From: Candidatus Rokuibacteriota bacterium
GTDB lineage: Bacteria > Methylomirabilota > Methylomirabilia > Rokubacteriales > CSP1-6
Assembly: GCA_016188005.1 (NCBI GenBank)
Contig: JACPIQ010000095.1
Coordinates: 13,066-77,065, forward strand
Length of the DNA: 64,000 bases
Direction: 5' to 3'
Made by a program: the position numbers and the translations under genes. The notes under the pieces were generated by a model. It saw nothing but the letters and a program-made list of their open reading frames with translations, searched no databases and had not been told where the DNA came from. The stretch's first letter is position 1, and the number at the start of each line of letters is the position of its first letter. Shown here in pieces: positions 25,937 through 37,734 of this stretch.

Positions 25937-27168
25937 TCGGTGCCCGCGTCATCACGGTGGGCGCGGCGCAGCTGGCGAGCAGCGAGGATGCGGCGGGGCT
26001 CGCGGTGGCGCGCGCCATCCAGGCCGAGGGGCTGCCGGTGACGGGCCGCGAGGTCGTGGATGAGGACGAAGGAGCACTGGAAGCCGCGCTCCGCCTCGGC
26101 CTCGAGACGCCGGGTGTCGTGGTGGTGCTGGCACCTCCCGGCGGCTCGAGCGGGGAGATCGTGCGCCGGGTGGTGGCGCGGCTCGCCGAGGTGCGACTCG
26201 TCCTGAGCGAGCGGCTCCTGGCTGTCCTCGAGGCGGACTTCTCCCTCCGCGGCCAGGCGATGCCGCGCCGCCTCGACCGGCTGGCCCTCCTGCCCCAGGG
26301 CGCCCACGTCTGGCCAGGTCCTGCGGGTGAGCCGGCCTGGGCCCTGGAGATCGGGAAGACGCTGGTGGCCGTGCTCCCGGCGGACGCCGCCCATCTGCCG
26401 GCCCTGACGGAAGAGCAGCTGCGGCCGGCCCTGCGGCAGCGCCTCGGAGCGGGGGAGGCGGCGATACTGCGCACGCTCAGGACGGCCGGGCTGGCGGCGG
26501 CGGAGGCCGAAGCGCGCCTCGGGCCGTGGCTCGGCAAGGAGGGCCCGGTCTCGGTCTCCTGCGTGCTCGCGGAAGGCGAGATGTGGGTGAGGCTCCTGGC
26601 GCGCGGGGCCTCGCGGGGCCTCGCGGCGGCGGCACTCCAGGCGGTCGAGGACGAGGTGGCCCGGGCGCTCGGCGTGGACTGCTACGGCCGCGACGGAGAG
26701 TCCCTCGAGCAGGCGCTCGGAAGCCTCCTGGTCGCGCGTGGGCTCACGCTCTCGGTGGCGGAGTCCTGCACGGGCGGCCTCCTCGCGAGCCGGCTGACCG
26801 ATGTGCCGGGCTCGTCCCGCTACTTCGACCGGGGCGTGATCGTCTACTCCAACGAGGCGAAGGAGGAACTGCTGGGCGTGCCCCGGGCCCTGCTGCGCGC
26901 CCACGGCGCCGTGAGCGCTCCCGTGGCCGAGGCGATGGTGCGCGGCATCTGCACCGCCTCGAAGTCTCCGTGCGGCCTCGCCGTGACCGGCATCGCCGGG
27001 CCGGACGGCGGCACGCCGGAGAAACCGGTCGGGACCGTGTTCATCGCCGTCGCCTCGCCCGCGGCCGTCGAGGTCAGCCGCTTCCGCTTCGCCGGCTCCC
27101 GCGGGGCGGTCAAGTGGCGGTCCTCCCAGGCGGCGCTCGACGGGCTCCGGCGCCTGCTGCTTCGCTGA
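25933..27168 (+). CDS. cinA: CinA-family protein (C-terminal NMN deamidase, degenerate N-terminal domain)
   Basis: SVAESCTGGLLASRLTDVPGSS, YSNEAK, AVTGIAGPDGGTPEKPVGTV. Confidence 0.9.
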   Translation: MIGARVITVGAAQLASSEDAAGLAVARAIQAEGLPVTGREVVDEDEGALEAALRLGLETPGVVVVLAPPGGSSGEIVRRVVARLAEVRLVLSERLLAVLEADFSLRGQAMPRRLDRLALLPQGAHVWPGPAGEPAWALEIGKTLVAVLPADAAHLPALTEEQLRPALRQRLGAGEAAILRTLRTAGLAAAEAEARLGPWLGKEGPVSVSCVLAEGEMWVRLLARGASRGLAAAALQAVEDEVARALGVDCYGRDGESLEQALGSLLVARGLTLSVAESCTGGLLASRLTDVPGSSRYFDRGVIVYSNEAKEELLGVPRALLRAHGAVSAPVAEAMVRGICTASKSPCGLAVTGIAGPDGGTPEKPVGTVFIAVASPAAVEVSRFRFAGSRGAVKWRSSQAALDGLRRLLLR

Positions 27169-27764
27169 TGCCGCGGGCCTTCGTCGCGCTGCTGATCAGC
27201 GACGAGGCCCGGGGGGCCGTGGCCGCCGAGATCGAGCGGCTGAGACCGCTCTCCCGCGCGGTGGCCTGGGTGCCCCCGCCCAACCTGCACCTCACGCTGC
27301 GCTTCCTCGGGGAGCAGGGTGAGGATGCGCTCCGGCAGGTGCGCGGCGCGCTCGAGGAGGCCGCCGCGACCACGGGGCCCTTCACGCTGGGGCTTCACGG
27401 CCTCGGCGCCTTTCCGGGCTTCGAGCGGCCGCGCATCCTGTGGATCGGCGTTGCCCAGGGCGCGCTCGAGGTGCGCGAGCTCCAGGCGAATGTCGAGCGG
27501 GCCCTCGAGCGCGCGGGGTTCGCCCGCGAGCCGCGCCCGTGGCATCCGCACCTCACCATCGGGCGTGTGTTCGACGAGCGGCGGTGGCGTCGGGAGACGA
27601 GCCTCGAGTTGCGACAGGCCGTGGCCCGGGCGGGCAGCCTCCCCTTCGCCTCCGTGCCCGTCGCGGCGCTGTCCCTCATGCGGAGCGATCTCTCGCCCGC
27701 AGGCGCCCGCTACAGCGAGCTCGCCTCCGTGACGCTCGGATCCGTATCAGATTCGGGACATTGA
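27168..27764 (+). CDS. thpR: RNA 2',3'-cyclic phosphodiesterase
   Basis: Two 2H motifs (HLTLRFLG, HLTIGR), RAFVAL N-terminus, LMRSDL. Confidence 0.92.
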   Translation: MPRAFVALLISDEARGAVAAEIERLRPLSRAVAWVPPPNLHLTLRFLGEQGEDALRQVRGALEEAAATTGPFTLGLHGLGAFPGFERPRILWIGVAQGALEVRELQANVERALERAGFAREPRPWHPHLTIGRVFDERRWRRETSLELRQAVARAGSLPFASVPVAALSLMRSDLSPAGARYSELASVTLGSVSDSGH

Positions 27765-27812
27765 CAGGCGCCCGGCGAGCCCCAAGACTGGCGGTTGAGC
27801 GCCCGCGCTCGA

Positions 27813-27842
27813 TTGACTTTGGGAGGATCGGCCCCCTACAAT
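27813..27842 (+). promoter_or_regulatory. sigma70-type promoter of recA
   Basis: TTGACT-N18-TACAAT. Confidence 0.65.
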
Positions 27843-27926
27843 GTCGCAACCGCGCGTGGAATCGTTTTCTTGCCCCTGCCCCCGCCTCCCGACGGGGAGA
27901 GGTCCGGACGGGTTGAGGAGATCCCA

Positions 27927-28982
27927 ATGGCCGAAGTGAAAAGCGACCGCCGTCAGGCCCTCGAGCTGGCGCTGGCATCCATCGACAGGCAGTTCGGCAA
28001 GGGCGCCATCATGCGCCTCGGCCAGGGTGGGGCGTTCGACGAGATCGCCGTGATCCCGACGGGCGCGCTCTCGCTCGACGTGGCGCTCGGCATTGGCGGC
28101 ATCCCCCGCGGCCGCGTCACCGAGATCTACGGTCCGGAGTCCTCCGGCAAGACGACGCTGGCGCTGCACGTCATCGCGGAAGCGCAGCGCGCCGGCGGCA
28201 CCGCGGCCTTCATCGACGCCGAGCATGCGCTCGACCCGATCTACGCCAAGAACCTCGGCGTCAACACCGACGAGTTGCTCATCTCGCAGCCGGACACGGG
28301 CGAGCAGGCGCTCGAGATCGCCGAGACCCTCGTGCGCTCCAACGCCGTGGACGTCATCGTGATCGACTCCGTCGCCGCCCTCGTGCCGCGCGCCGAGCTC
28401 GACGGTGACATGGGCGACTCGCTGCCGGGGCTGCAGGCGCGCCTCATGTCCCAGGCCCTCCGCAAGCTCACCGCCGCCATCTCGCGCTCCGGCGGCAGCG
28501 TGATCTTCATCAACCAGATCCGCGAGAAGATCGGCGTCATGTTCGGATCGCCCGAGACCACGACGGGCGGGCGCGCGTTGAAGTTCTACTCCTCCATCCG
28601 TCTCGACATCCGCCGGCAGGATACGATCAAGAACGGCACCGAGTCGATCGGCGTGCGTACCAAGGTCAAGGTGGTCAAGAACAAGCTGGCGCCGCCGTTC
28701 CGCGAGGCCGAGTTCGACGTCATCTACGGCGAGGGCATCTCGAAGGAGGGCAGCGTGCTGGACGCGGCCGTCGAGCAGAATGTCGTGGAGAAGTCGGGGA
28801 CCTGGTACACGTACAAGAGCGAGCGGATCGGGCAGGGCCGCGAGAACGCCAAGCGCCACCTCAGGGAGAACCCGAAGACGCTCCTGGACCTGGAGGTCAA
28901 GGTGCGTGCCGCGCTGGGGCTCAGGCCCGCCGGCGGCCCGCCGGCGGCCGCCGCCGACAAGCCCGACAAGCCCGCCCGGTAG
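27927..28982 (+). CDS. recA: Recombinase RecA
   Basis: IEIYG-like [44 protein letters not shown]. No intein. Confidence 0.99.
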   Translation: MAEVKSDRRQALELALASIDRQFGKGAIMRLGQGGAFDEIAVIPTGALSLDVALGIGGIPRGRVTEIYGPESSGKTTLALHVIAEAQRAGGTAAFIDAEHALDPIYAKNLGVNTDELLISQPDTGEQALEIAETLVRSNAVDVIVIDSVAALVPRAELDGDMGDSLPGLQARLMSQALRKLTAAISRSGGSVIFINQIREKIGVMFGSPETTTGGRALKFYSSIRLDIRRQDTIKNGTESIGVRTKVKVVKNKLAPPFREAEFDVIYGEGISKEGSVLDAAVEQNVVEKSGTWYTYKSERIGQGRENAKRHLRENPKTLLDLEVKVRAALGLRPAGGPPAAAADKPDKPAR

Positions 28983-28991
28983 GAGGCAGGT

Positions 28992-30176
28992 ATGGATCTG
29001 GATGAGCTGCTGACCTTCGCGGTGAAGCGGCAGGCCTCCGATCTCCACCTCAAGGCCAACACGCACCCCGTGCTGCGCATTCACGGCCACCTCGAGGTCC
29101 AGGACGACGTGCCGCCGGTCACGCGGGAGTTCATGCGGCGCACGGCCATGCGGCTCCTCGGCGAGGACCGTTACAACGACCTCATGGGCGGGCAGGAGAA
29201 GGACCTCGGGTACGCGCTCGAGGGGTTCGGCCGCTTCCGCGTGAACCTCTTCCTCTCCCAGGGCGAGGTGCGCGCTGTCCTCCGCCACATCCCCGGGCGC
29301 ATCCCGGCCTTCGAGGAATTGCACCTGCCCAAGGCCCTCGAGCGGCTGGCCATGGAGCGCCGCGGGATGGTGCTGGTCACCGGCATCACCGGCTCAGGCA
29401 AGTCCACCACGCTGGCCGCCATGATCGACTTCATGAACCGGAGCCGGAACGACCACATCGTCACCATCGAGGACCCCATCGAGTTCGTGCACGACGACCG
29501 CAAGTGCGTCATCAGCCAGCGCGAGATCGGCCAGGACTCGACCACCTTCGCCCAGGCGCTCCGGGCCGCCCTGCGCCAGGACCCGGACATCATCCTCGTG
29601 GGCGAGATGCGGGACGCCGAGACCATGGAGGTGGCGCTGCACGCGGCCGAGACCGGGCACCTCGTCCTCTCGACGCTGCACACCCTGAACGCCACGGAGA
29701 CGGTGAACCGCATCATCTCCACCTTCCCGCCTCACCAGGAGGACCAGATCCGCGGCCAGCTCTCGGCGGTGATGCAGGGCATCGTCTCCCAGCGCCTCGT
29801 GGTCCGCGCGGACGGCAAGGGGCGCGTGCCGGCTGTCGAGGTGATGGTCGGCACAGGTCTCATCCGGGAGTGCATCCGTGAGGCGGCCAAGACACCGCAG
29901 CTCCCGGCCGTCATCGCCGCCGGCCAGTCTCAGTACGGCATGCAGACCTTCGACCAGTCGCTCCTCGGTCTCTACCGCGAGGAGATGATCACGTACGAGA
30001 CGGCGCGGGATGCAGCCACCAACCCCGACGACTTCGACCTGAAGGTGAAGGGGATCTTCTCCACCGGCGAGATGACCTGGGAGACGAGCGCCCAGCCGCA
30101 GCCGGCCCCGGGAGCGCCGCCGCCCGGACGCTCGCCCGGCGGGGCGCCGGGGGGGCCGTTCTTCAAGAAGGGGTAG
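28992..30176 (+). CDS. pilT: PilT/PilU-family type IV pilus retraction ATPase
   Basis: ASDLHL, VTGITGSGKSTT, TIEDPIEF, ALRQDPDIILVGEMRD, TGHLVLSTLHT, GMQTFDQ. Confidence 0.93.
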   Translation: MDLDELLTFAVKRQASDLHLKANTHPVLRIHGHLEVQDDVPPVTREFMRRTAMRLLGEDRYNDLMGGQEKDLGYALEGFGRFRVNLFLSQGEVRAVLRHIPGRIPAFEELHLPKALERLAMERRGMVLVTGITGSGKSTTLAAMIDFMNRSRNDHIVTIEDPIEFVHDDRKCVISQREIGQDSTTFAQALRAALRQDPDIILVGEMRDAETMEVALHAAETGHLVLSTLHTLNATETVNRIISTFPPHQEDQIRGQLSAVMQGIVSQRLVVRADGKGRVPAVEVMVGTGLIRECIREAAKTPQLPAVIAAGQSQYGMQTFDQSLLGLYREEMITYETARDAATNPDDFDLKVKGIFSTGEMTWETSAQPQPAPGAPPPGRSPGGAPGGPFFKKG

Positions 30177-30178
30177 CG

Positions 30179-30730
30179 GTGCCGCGGCGGCGGCCGCGCC
30201 GGCCTCCGGACGCGGGGCCCGTACCTCCGATGGACGCGAAGGCCGCCCGGGTGGCGGCCTTCGATCTCCTCGCGCGCAAAGCCTGGAGCGCCCGCGAGCT
30301 GACGGCCCGCCTGGCGCGCCGGGGCGCCCCGGCCGAGGTCGCCCGCGCCGTGGTCGCCGACCTCGAGTCCCGGGGCTACGTCAACGACGAGGACTTCGCG
30401 CGCTGGTGGGCCGAGGTGCGGGCGCGCGGGCGGAAGGTCGGCAGCTTGCGGCTCGCCCGGGAGCTGCGCACCCGTGGGATTGCCCCGGCGCTGGCGGCCG
30501 CGGCGGTGGCTTCGGCCTTCGCCGAGGTGCCGGAGGCGGAACGGGCGCTCGAGGCGGCCCGCCGGCGGCTCCCGGCGCTGCTGCGCGCCCGGCCCGAACG
30601 GGCTCCGGCGCGGCTCGGCGACTACCTGCTCCGGCGCGGCTATCCCGCGCGCGTCGCGCTCGCGACGGTGACGCGGCTGCTCGGGGGGCCCGAGGCGGCG
30701 GAGGAGCCCTGGGACGAGCCCCGCGCGTGA
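30179..30730 (+). CDS. recX: Regulatory protein RecX
   Basis: LLARKAWSARELTARL, GYVNDEDFA, LARELRTRGI, YLLRRGY. Located between recA/pilT and alaS. Alternative start at 30230. Confidence 0.85.
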   Translation: MPRRRPRRPPDAGPVPPMDAKAARVAAFDLLARKAWSARELTARLARRGAPAEVARAVVADLESRGYVNDEDFARWWAEVRARGRKVGSLRLARELRTRGIAPALAAAAVASAFAEVPEAERALEAARRRLPALLRARPERAPARLGDYLLRRGYPARVALATVTRLLGGPEAAEEPWDEPRA

Positions 30731-30779
30731 GCGTGCGTATAATCGGGGAGAGCGAGATCGTGACCCAGTGGGAGCTCAC

Positions 30780-33470
<2,691 letters not shown>

Positions 33471-33597
33471 CCGCCGCCGCCCTCGAACCGGGAGCACCCC
33501 TCATCGGGACACCCTCGATCGCGCGCGCGGCCGGCCCGGTTGGCGCGAGTCGCCCCGGGCGGGCCGCCCTGGCGTCACGCGGGCCCAGCCCCCCACG

Positions 33598-34776
33598 CTA
33601 TAGCCTCTGGAGCAGGAGGCCCGTGAGGTAGCGGCTCTCGGGCACGCTCAGGAGCACGGGGTGGTCGCGGCTCTGGCCGAGGGTGGCGAGCACGCGCACC
33701 ACGATCCCGGCGTCGCCCGCAGCCCCCCGGCAGATCTCCTCGAAGTGTGCCGGGGTGACGTGGTGCGAGCACGAGAAGGTGGCGAGCACCCCGTCCGGCT
33801 CGAGGAGCCGGAGCCCCCGCAGGTTGATCTCCTTGTAGCCGCGGGCAGCGGCCTCCACGGCCTCCTTCCTGCGCGTGAAGGGCGGCGGGTCGAGGACCAC
33901 CAGGCCGAAGCGCTCCCGGCGGGCCTCGAGGCCGCGCAGCTCGTCGAAGGTATTGCCCTCGCGAACAGTTGCGCGCCCGGCGAGACCATTGAGTGCGAGA
34001 TTCCTCGCCGCCCCGGCCAGCGCCTCGGCCGAGGAGTCCAGCAGCAGCGCCTCACCGGCGCCCGCCTTGAGGGCCTGGCAGGCAAAGGCGCCCATGTAGC
34101 AGAAGGCGTCCAGCACCCGGCGGCCGGCTGCGTGGGCTGCCACGAGCCGGCGATTGTCCCGCTGGTCGAGGTAGAGACCTGTCTTCTGGCCCGCGCCGAA
34201 GCTCACCGCGAAGCGGCACTCCCCCTCGCTGACGACAGTCTCCATCCCCTCACCCCCGCCGGCGCCCAGCCAGCCGCGCCGGGGGGCGAAGCCCTCGATG
34301 CGCGCCGCCGTCGGATCGTCGACCCGGTAGATCGGGCGGCGGGGGAAGAGCTGCCCGAGCGCCTCGGCGATCCAGGGCAGGGCCCGTTCCATGCCGAGGG
34401 TCAGCGGCTGGACGACGCTCGCCGGGCCATAGCGGTCCACGACGAGCCCCGGGAGACCGTCGGCCTCGCTCCAGCAGAGCCGATAGGCCTCTGCGACGAG
34501 ACTCGCGGCCTGGCGGTAGCCGAGCGCCGCCCTCAGCCGGCGGAGGAAGAAGGCGCCGTCCACGGGCTCGTCCCGGCGAGTGAGGAGGCGACAGGCGATG
34601 GCCGGGCGGGGGTTGTAGAAGCCCCGGCCCAGGAAGTGGCCGTGCCCGTCCACCACCGTGACCGCCTCGTCGGCGGCCCAGTCGCCCTCGAGGTCGGCGA
34701 TCTCCGAGCGGTAGATCCAGGGGTGGCCGGCTCGCAGCCGCCGGTCACTGCCAGGCTTGAGGACGAGGGCGGTCAC
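33598..34776 (-). CDS. RlmI/RlmK-family SAM-dependent methyltransferase (PUA domain)
   Basis: GHPWIYRSEI, DGLPGLVVDRY, GQKTGLYLDQRDNR, VLDPPPF. Confidence 0.9.
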   Translation of the reverse strand: MTALVLKPGSDRRLRAGHPWIYRSEIADLEGDWAADEAVTVVDGHGHFLGRGFYNPRPAIACRLLTRRDEPVDGAFFLRRLRAALGYRQAASLVAEAYRLCWSEADGLPGLVVDRYGPASVVQPLTLGMERALPWIAEALGQLFPRRPIYRVDDPTAARIEGFAPRRGWLGAGGGEGMETVVSEGECRFAVSFGAGQKTGLYLDQRDNRRLVAAHAAGRRVLDAFCYMGAFACQALKAGAGEALLLDSSAEALAGAARNLALNGLAGRATVREGNTFDELRGLEARRERFGLVVLDPPPFTRRKEAVEAAARGYKEINLRGLRLLEPDGVLATFSCSHHVTPAHFEEICRGAAGDAGIVVRVLATLGQSRDHPVLLSVPESRYLTGLLLQRL

Positions 34777-34797
34777 CGAGCCGGGCTCCGCCGCCGG

Positions 34798-35565
34798 CTA
34801 TCGCCGGCGCAGGGCGACGACCATCAGGAGCGGGTGATGGGCACGGTCCAGCTTGAGGTGTGGCTTGAAGCCGTAGAACCACTCCGCCAGCTCGAAGCCG
34901 CCGGCCAGCGCCACCAGGCTCCGCAGCTCCTGGGGGAACACCATCCGGGAGGCGTGGCGCTGGCGATAGACGCGGCGGCGGCCGTTCTCGTGCGCCTCCA
35001 GCTGCAGTTCCTCGTAGAAGACCTGGGTGACCGGGTTGAGGTCCTTGAGCGCCTCGAAGGTGGCCCGCACCGTGGTCCCGCCGCGCCGCCGCGTCCAGGC
35101 CCAGCGCCGGGCGGGGTCGGTCCACGACGAGCACACGTAGCGGTCGAAGACGTAGAGCCCGCCCGCCCTCACTGCGCCGGCGACGGAGCGGAGGTGGGCC
35201 AGAATGGCCTCGTTGGTGAGGAGATGCCCTTGCGAGTCCTGCATGCAGATGGCCGCGTCCACGGGTCGCGGGAGACGGAAGCGCGTCATGTCGCCCACGT
35301 GGAGGCTCACCCTGAGCCCCTTCTTCGCGGCCCGCGTCCGGAGGAAGTCGATGTTCTGCGGGGAGAGGTCGAGCCCGCTCATCCCGTAGCCGCGCGCGGC
35401 CAGCCGGATGAGATGCGGCCCGGTGCCGCAGGCGATGTCGAGCACGGTCCGGATCGGCCGACGGGCATAGCGGCGGAAGCAGTGGGCGAGGAAGTCCACC
35501 TCCTGCTTCCGGTTCATGTCGAAGGCGATCTCGTAGTCGCGCGGGTCCGAGTACTGTGCACTCAC
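34798..35565 (-). CDS. Class I SAM-dependent methyltransferase
   Basis: VLDIACGTG, GLDLS, GDMTRF. Start placed at GTG 35565 because the longer ORF runs into the repeat. Confidence 0.85.
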   Translation of the reverse strand: MSAQYSDPRDYEIAFDMNRKQEVDFLAHCFRRYARRPIRTVLDIACGTGPHLIRLAARGYGMSGLDLSPQNIDFLRTRAAKKGLRVSLHVGDMTRFRLPRPVDAAICMQDSQGHLLTNEAILAHLRSVAGAVRAGGLYVFDRYVCSSWTDPARRWAWTRRRGGTTVRATFEALKDLNPVTQVFYEELQLEAHENGRRRVYRQRHASRMVFPQELRSLVALAGGFELAEWFYGFKPHLKLDRAHHPLLMVVALRRR

Positions 35566-35575
35566 CGGCCCGGCG

Positions 35576-35723
35576 CCATGCCCAGCATGCCTGGCGGCAT
35601 GCTGGCCGTGGGCCAGAAGGTGGGCGCCACCCGTTTTCACTTCCCCGTCACCATGTCCAACATGCCTGGCGGCATGTTGGCCGTGGGCGAGAGGGTCGGG
35701 GCCACCCGTTTCTCACTTTCCCC
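35576..35723. repeat. Tandem pair of about 72-nt hairpin-containing repeats
   Basis: Copies at 35576-35646 and 35651-35723. Stems CCAGCATGCC/GGCATGCTGG and CCAACATGCC/GGCATGTTGG, loop TGGC. Confidence 0.85.
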
Positions 35724-36570
35724 ACCACGCGAGGATGGCCTCTCGGAGGAGCCAGGAGGCGGTGATGGCGGTCCGGCCGGAGGGGTCCCAGGCCTGGGCC
35801 ACCTCCACCATATCGGTGCCGACCAGGTGGCAGCCCTCCAGGAGCCGGACGATGTCTACCAGTTCCGAGGCACGGAGCCCGCAGGGCTCCGGCGAGCCCG
35901 TGCCAGGCGCCTCCGAGGGATCGAGCACGTCCACGTCGATGGTCACGTAAAGCGGGTGGGGCCGGAGCTCGGGCAGCAGGCGCCGCACGGCTTCCACCGG
36001 AGCCAGGGCATGCGCCGGATAGAGGTGTGCGGCGCCGCGGCGGTACTCCGAGCGGTCGCCCGTGCGCATGCCGACCTGATAGACACGCTCGGGAGGCATC
36101 ACCTCCATCACCCGGGCCATCGCCGAGGCATAGCAGTAACGCTCGCCGAGGAACTCCTCGCGCAGGTCCGGGTGGGCGTCGAGCTGGAGGAGGCGGAGAT
36201 CCGGGATGGCTGGCGCCAGCGCCTCGATGACAGGCAGCGTGGCGGTGTGGTCTCCGCCGAGCATGATGGCCGCGAGGTTAGGCCGCCAGAAGCGCCGGAT
36301 CTCCTCCCGCGCCCGGGCGAGCCGCTCCCGCGGCGGGCCCTCGCCGAGCTCGCAGTCGCCGAGGTCGCAGATCGCGAGATCCTCGAGGTCACGGTCCAGG
36401 GTGGGGGAGTAGGTCTCGATGGAGTCGGAGAGCGCCCGGAGGTCCCGGGGACCGCGGTGGGCGCCCAGGCGCAGGTTCACGGTGCCCTCGAAGGGGATGC
36501 CGAAGAGGACGGCCCGGGCCTCCGGGAGGGAGGCCCGGCAAGCGATGAAGCGGGGGTTCGCCGGGATCAA
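35713..36570 (-). CDS. speB: Agmatinase-family ureohydrolase
   Basis: GIPFEGT, LGGDHTAT, LDAHPDLR, TIDVDVLDPSEAPGTGSPEPCG. TTG start directly after the pdaD stop. Confidence 0.93.
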   Translation of the reverse strand: MIPANPRFIACRASLPEARAVLFGIPFEGTVNLRLGAHRGPRDLRALSDSIETYSPTLDRDLEDLAICDLGDCELGEGPPRERLARAREEIRRFWRPNLAAIMLGGDHTATLPVIEALAPAIPDLRLLQLDAHPDLREEFLGERYCYASAMARVMEVMPPERVYQVGMRTGDRSEYRRGAAHLYPAHALAPVEAVRRLLPELRPHPLYVTIDVDVLDPSEAPGTGSPEPCGLRASELVDIVRLLEGCHLVGTDMVEVAQAWDPSGRTAITASWLLREAILAWWGK

Positions 36571-37053
36571 CTACAGCAGATCGTCGTCGGACAGGAGCGT
36601 CACGGCGGCCAGGGCGCAGCCGGTGCGCTCCACCCGGTGCTCCACGGCGGCGACCTTCATCTGGGCGATCCGCCATCCGCGGGCCCGGAAGGCCTCCTGG
36701 AGCATCTGCACGATCATCGCCTCGGCTTCCTCCCGGGTGGCCTTGTCGTGGAACTCCATGATGACCCCGTTCTTGGCGGGATCGTCGGGGAGCGCCCAAC
36801 CGACGGCCGCCGCCACCACCTCGCCCGGCACCTCGCTGGTCACGGCGGCGTACGCCGTGGGAACGATGGCGCCCGGCTTGATCCGGGGCAAGGAGACGAC
36901 CTCGGCGGCGGGAGGGAAGATGCTCGAGACCTTCACCAGGTTGACGTTGCCGATGCCCGCCGCCAGGAGGGCGTTGTCGAAGGCGTTGAGGGGAGTCGAG
37001 CCTTCCGCGTTGCCAGCCGTCGCGGCCACCTTCGTCACCGGCTTCCAGCCCAT
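36571..37053 (-). CDS. pdaD: Pyruvoyl-dependent arginine decarboxylase
   Basis: AFDNALLAAGIGNVNLVKVSSIFPP (Ser-Ser cleavage site), GVIME. Confidence 0.92.
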   Translation of the reverse strand: MGWKPVTKVAATAGNAEGSTPLNAFDNALLAAGIGNVNLVKVSSIFPPAAEVVSLPRIKPGAIVPTAYAAVTSEVPGEVVAAAVGWALPDDPAKNGVIMEFHDKATREEAEAMIVQMLQEAFRARGWRIAQMKVAAVEHRVERTGCALAAVTLLSDDDLL

Positions 37054-37251
37054 CCGCTCCCTCCTCTCGCCCCACGCGAGGTCGCGCTTCCGGGGCCCCT
37101 CACACGAGGGGAATTTTGATTGCTCATGTTAGCGGCTCGACTCGGGAACGCAAGCAAAAACTTGCCCCGCGCAGCGCTCAGCCGCCGCGCGCTGGGCCCG
37201 CGGCGCGGCGCCCGGAGAGCTCGCCGAGGGGCGCGAAAGCCAATTTTTTTC

Positions 37252-37280
37252 TTGCAATGCCTTTTCGCTGGTCCTACATT
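37252..37280 (+). promoter_or_regulatory. sigma70-type promoter of speD-speE
   Basis: TTGCAA-N17-TACATT preceded by an AATTTTTTT UP-like tract. Confidence 0.65.
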
Positions 37281-37341
37281 GAGCGAAATTCTGCCGCAAG
37301 TTTTTTTCGGCGGAGAGCTACAGGAAGGGAGGAGAGAACGC

Positions 37342-37734
37342 GTGCACGCCTTGGGGCGACACCTGCTGCTCGAGCTGTTCGACTGCGACGCAGAGGCCAT
37401 CAACAGCCTTGAAGTCGTGAAGACGGCGATGGTGGAGGCCGCCCGGCGAGCCCAGGCCACCATCGTGGACGTCGTCTTTCACGAGTTCAACCCGTTCGGC
37501 ATCAGCGGAGTCGTCGTCATCGCCGAGTCGCATCTGGCGATCCACACGTGGCCGGAGTACCGCTACGCGGCGGTGGACGTGTTCTCCTGCGGCGACGTGC
37601 TGCAGCCTCAGGTCGCGGCCGACTACCTCGTGGAGCAGTTCGGCGCCGCGCGGGCGTCGGTCGTTGAGGTCCAGCGGGGTGTCTTCCTGCACGCCGGCAT
37701 GCCGATGCCGCACAAGCCCGTCGCCGTCGCCTGA
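37342..37734 (+). CDS. speD: S-adenosylmethionine decarboxylase proenzyme (SpeH type)
   Basis: LGRHLLLELFDC, FNPFGISGVVVIAESHLAIHTWPEY, DVFSCG. GGAG upstream of the GTG. Confidence 0.95.
   Translation: MHALGRHLLLELFDCDAEAINSLEVVKTAMVEAARRAQATIVDVVFHEFNPFGISGVVVIAESHLAIHTWPEYRYAAVDVFSCGDVLQPQVAADYLVEQFGAARASVVEVQRGVFLHAGMPMPHKPVAVA

Noticed and set aside
27765-27926. LexA/SOS box upstream of recA
   Set aside because: No match to the CTGT-N8-ACAG, GAAC-N4-GTTC or GTTC-N7-GTTC types. A lineage-specific box cannot be inferred from one site.
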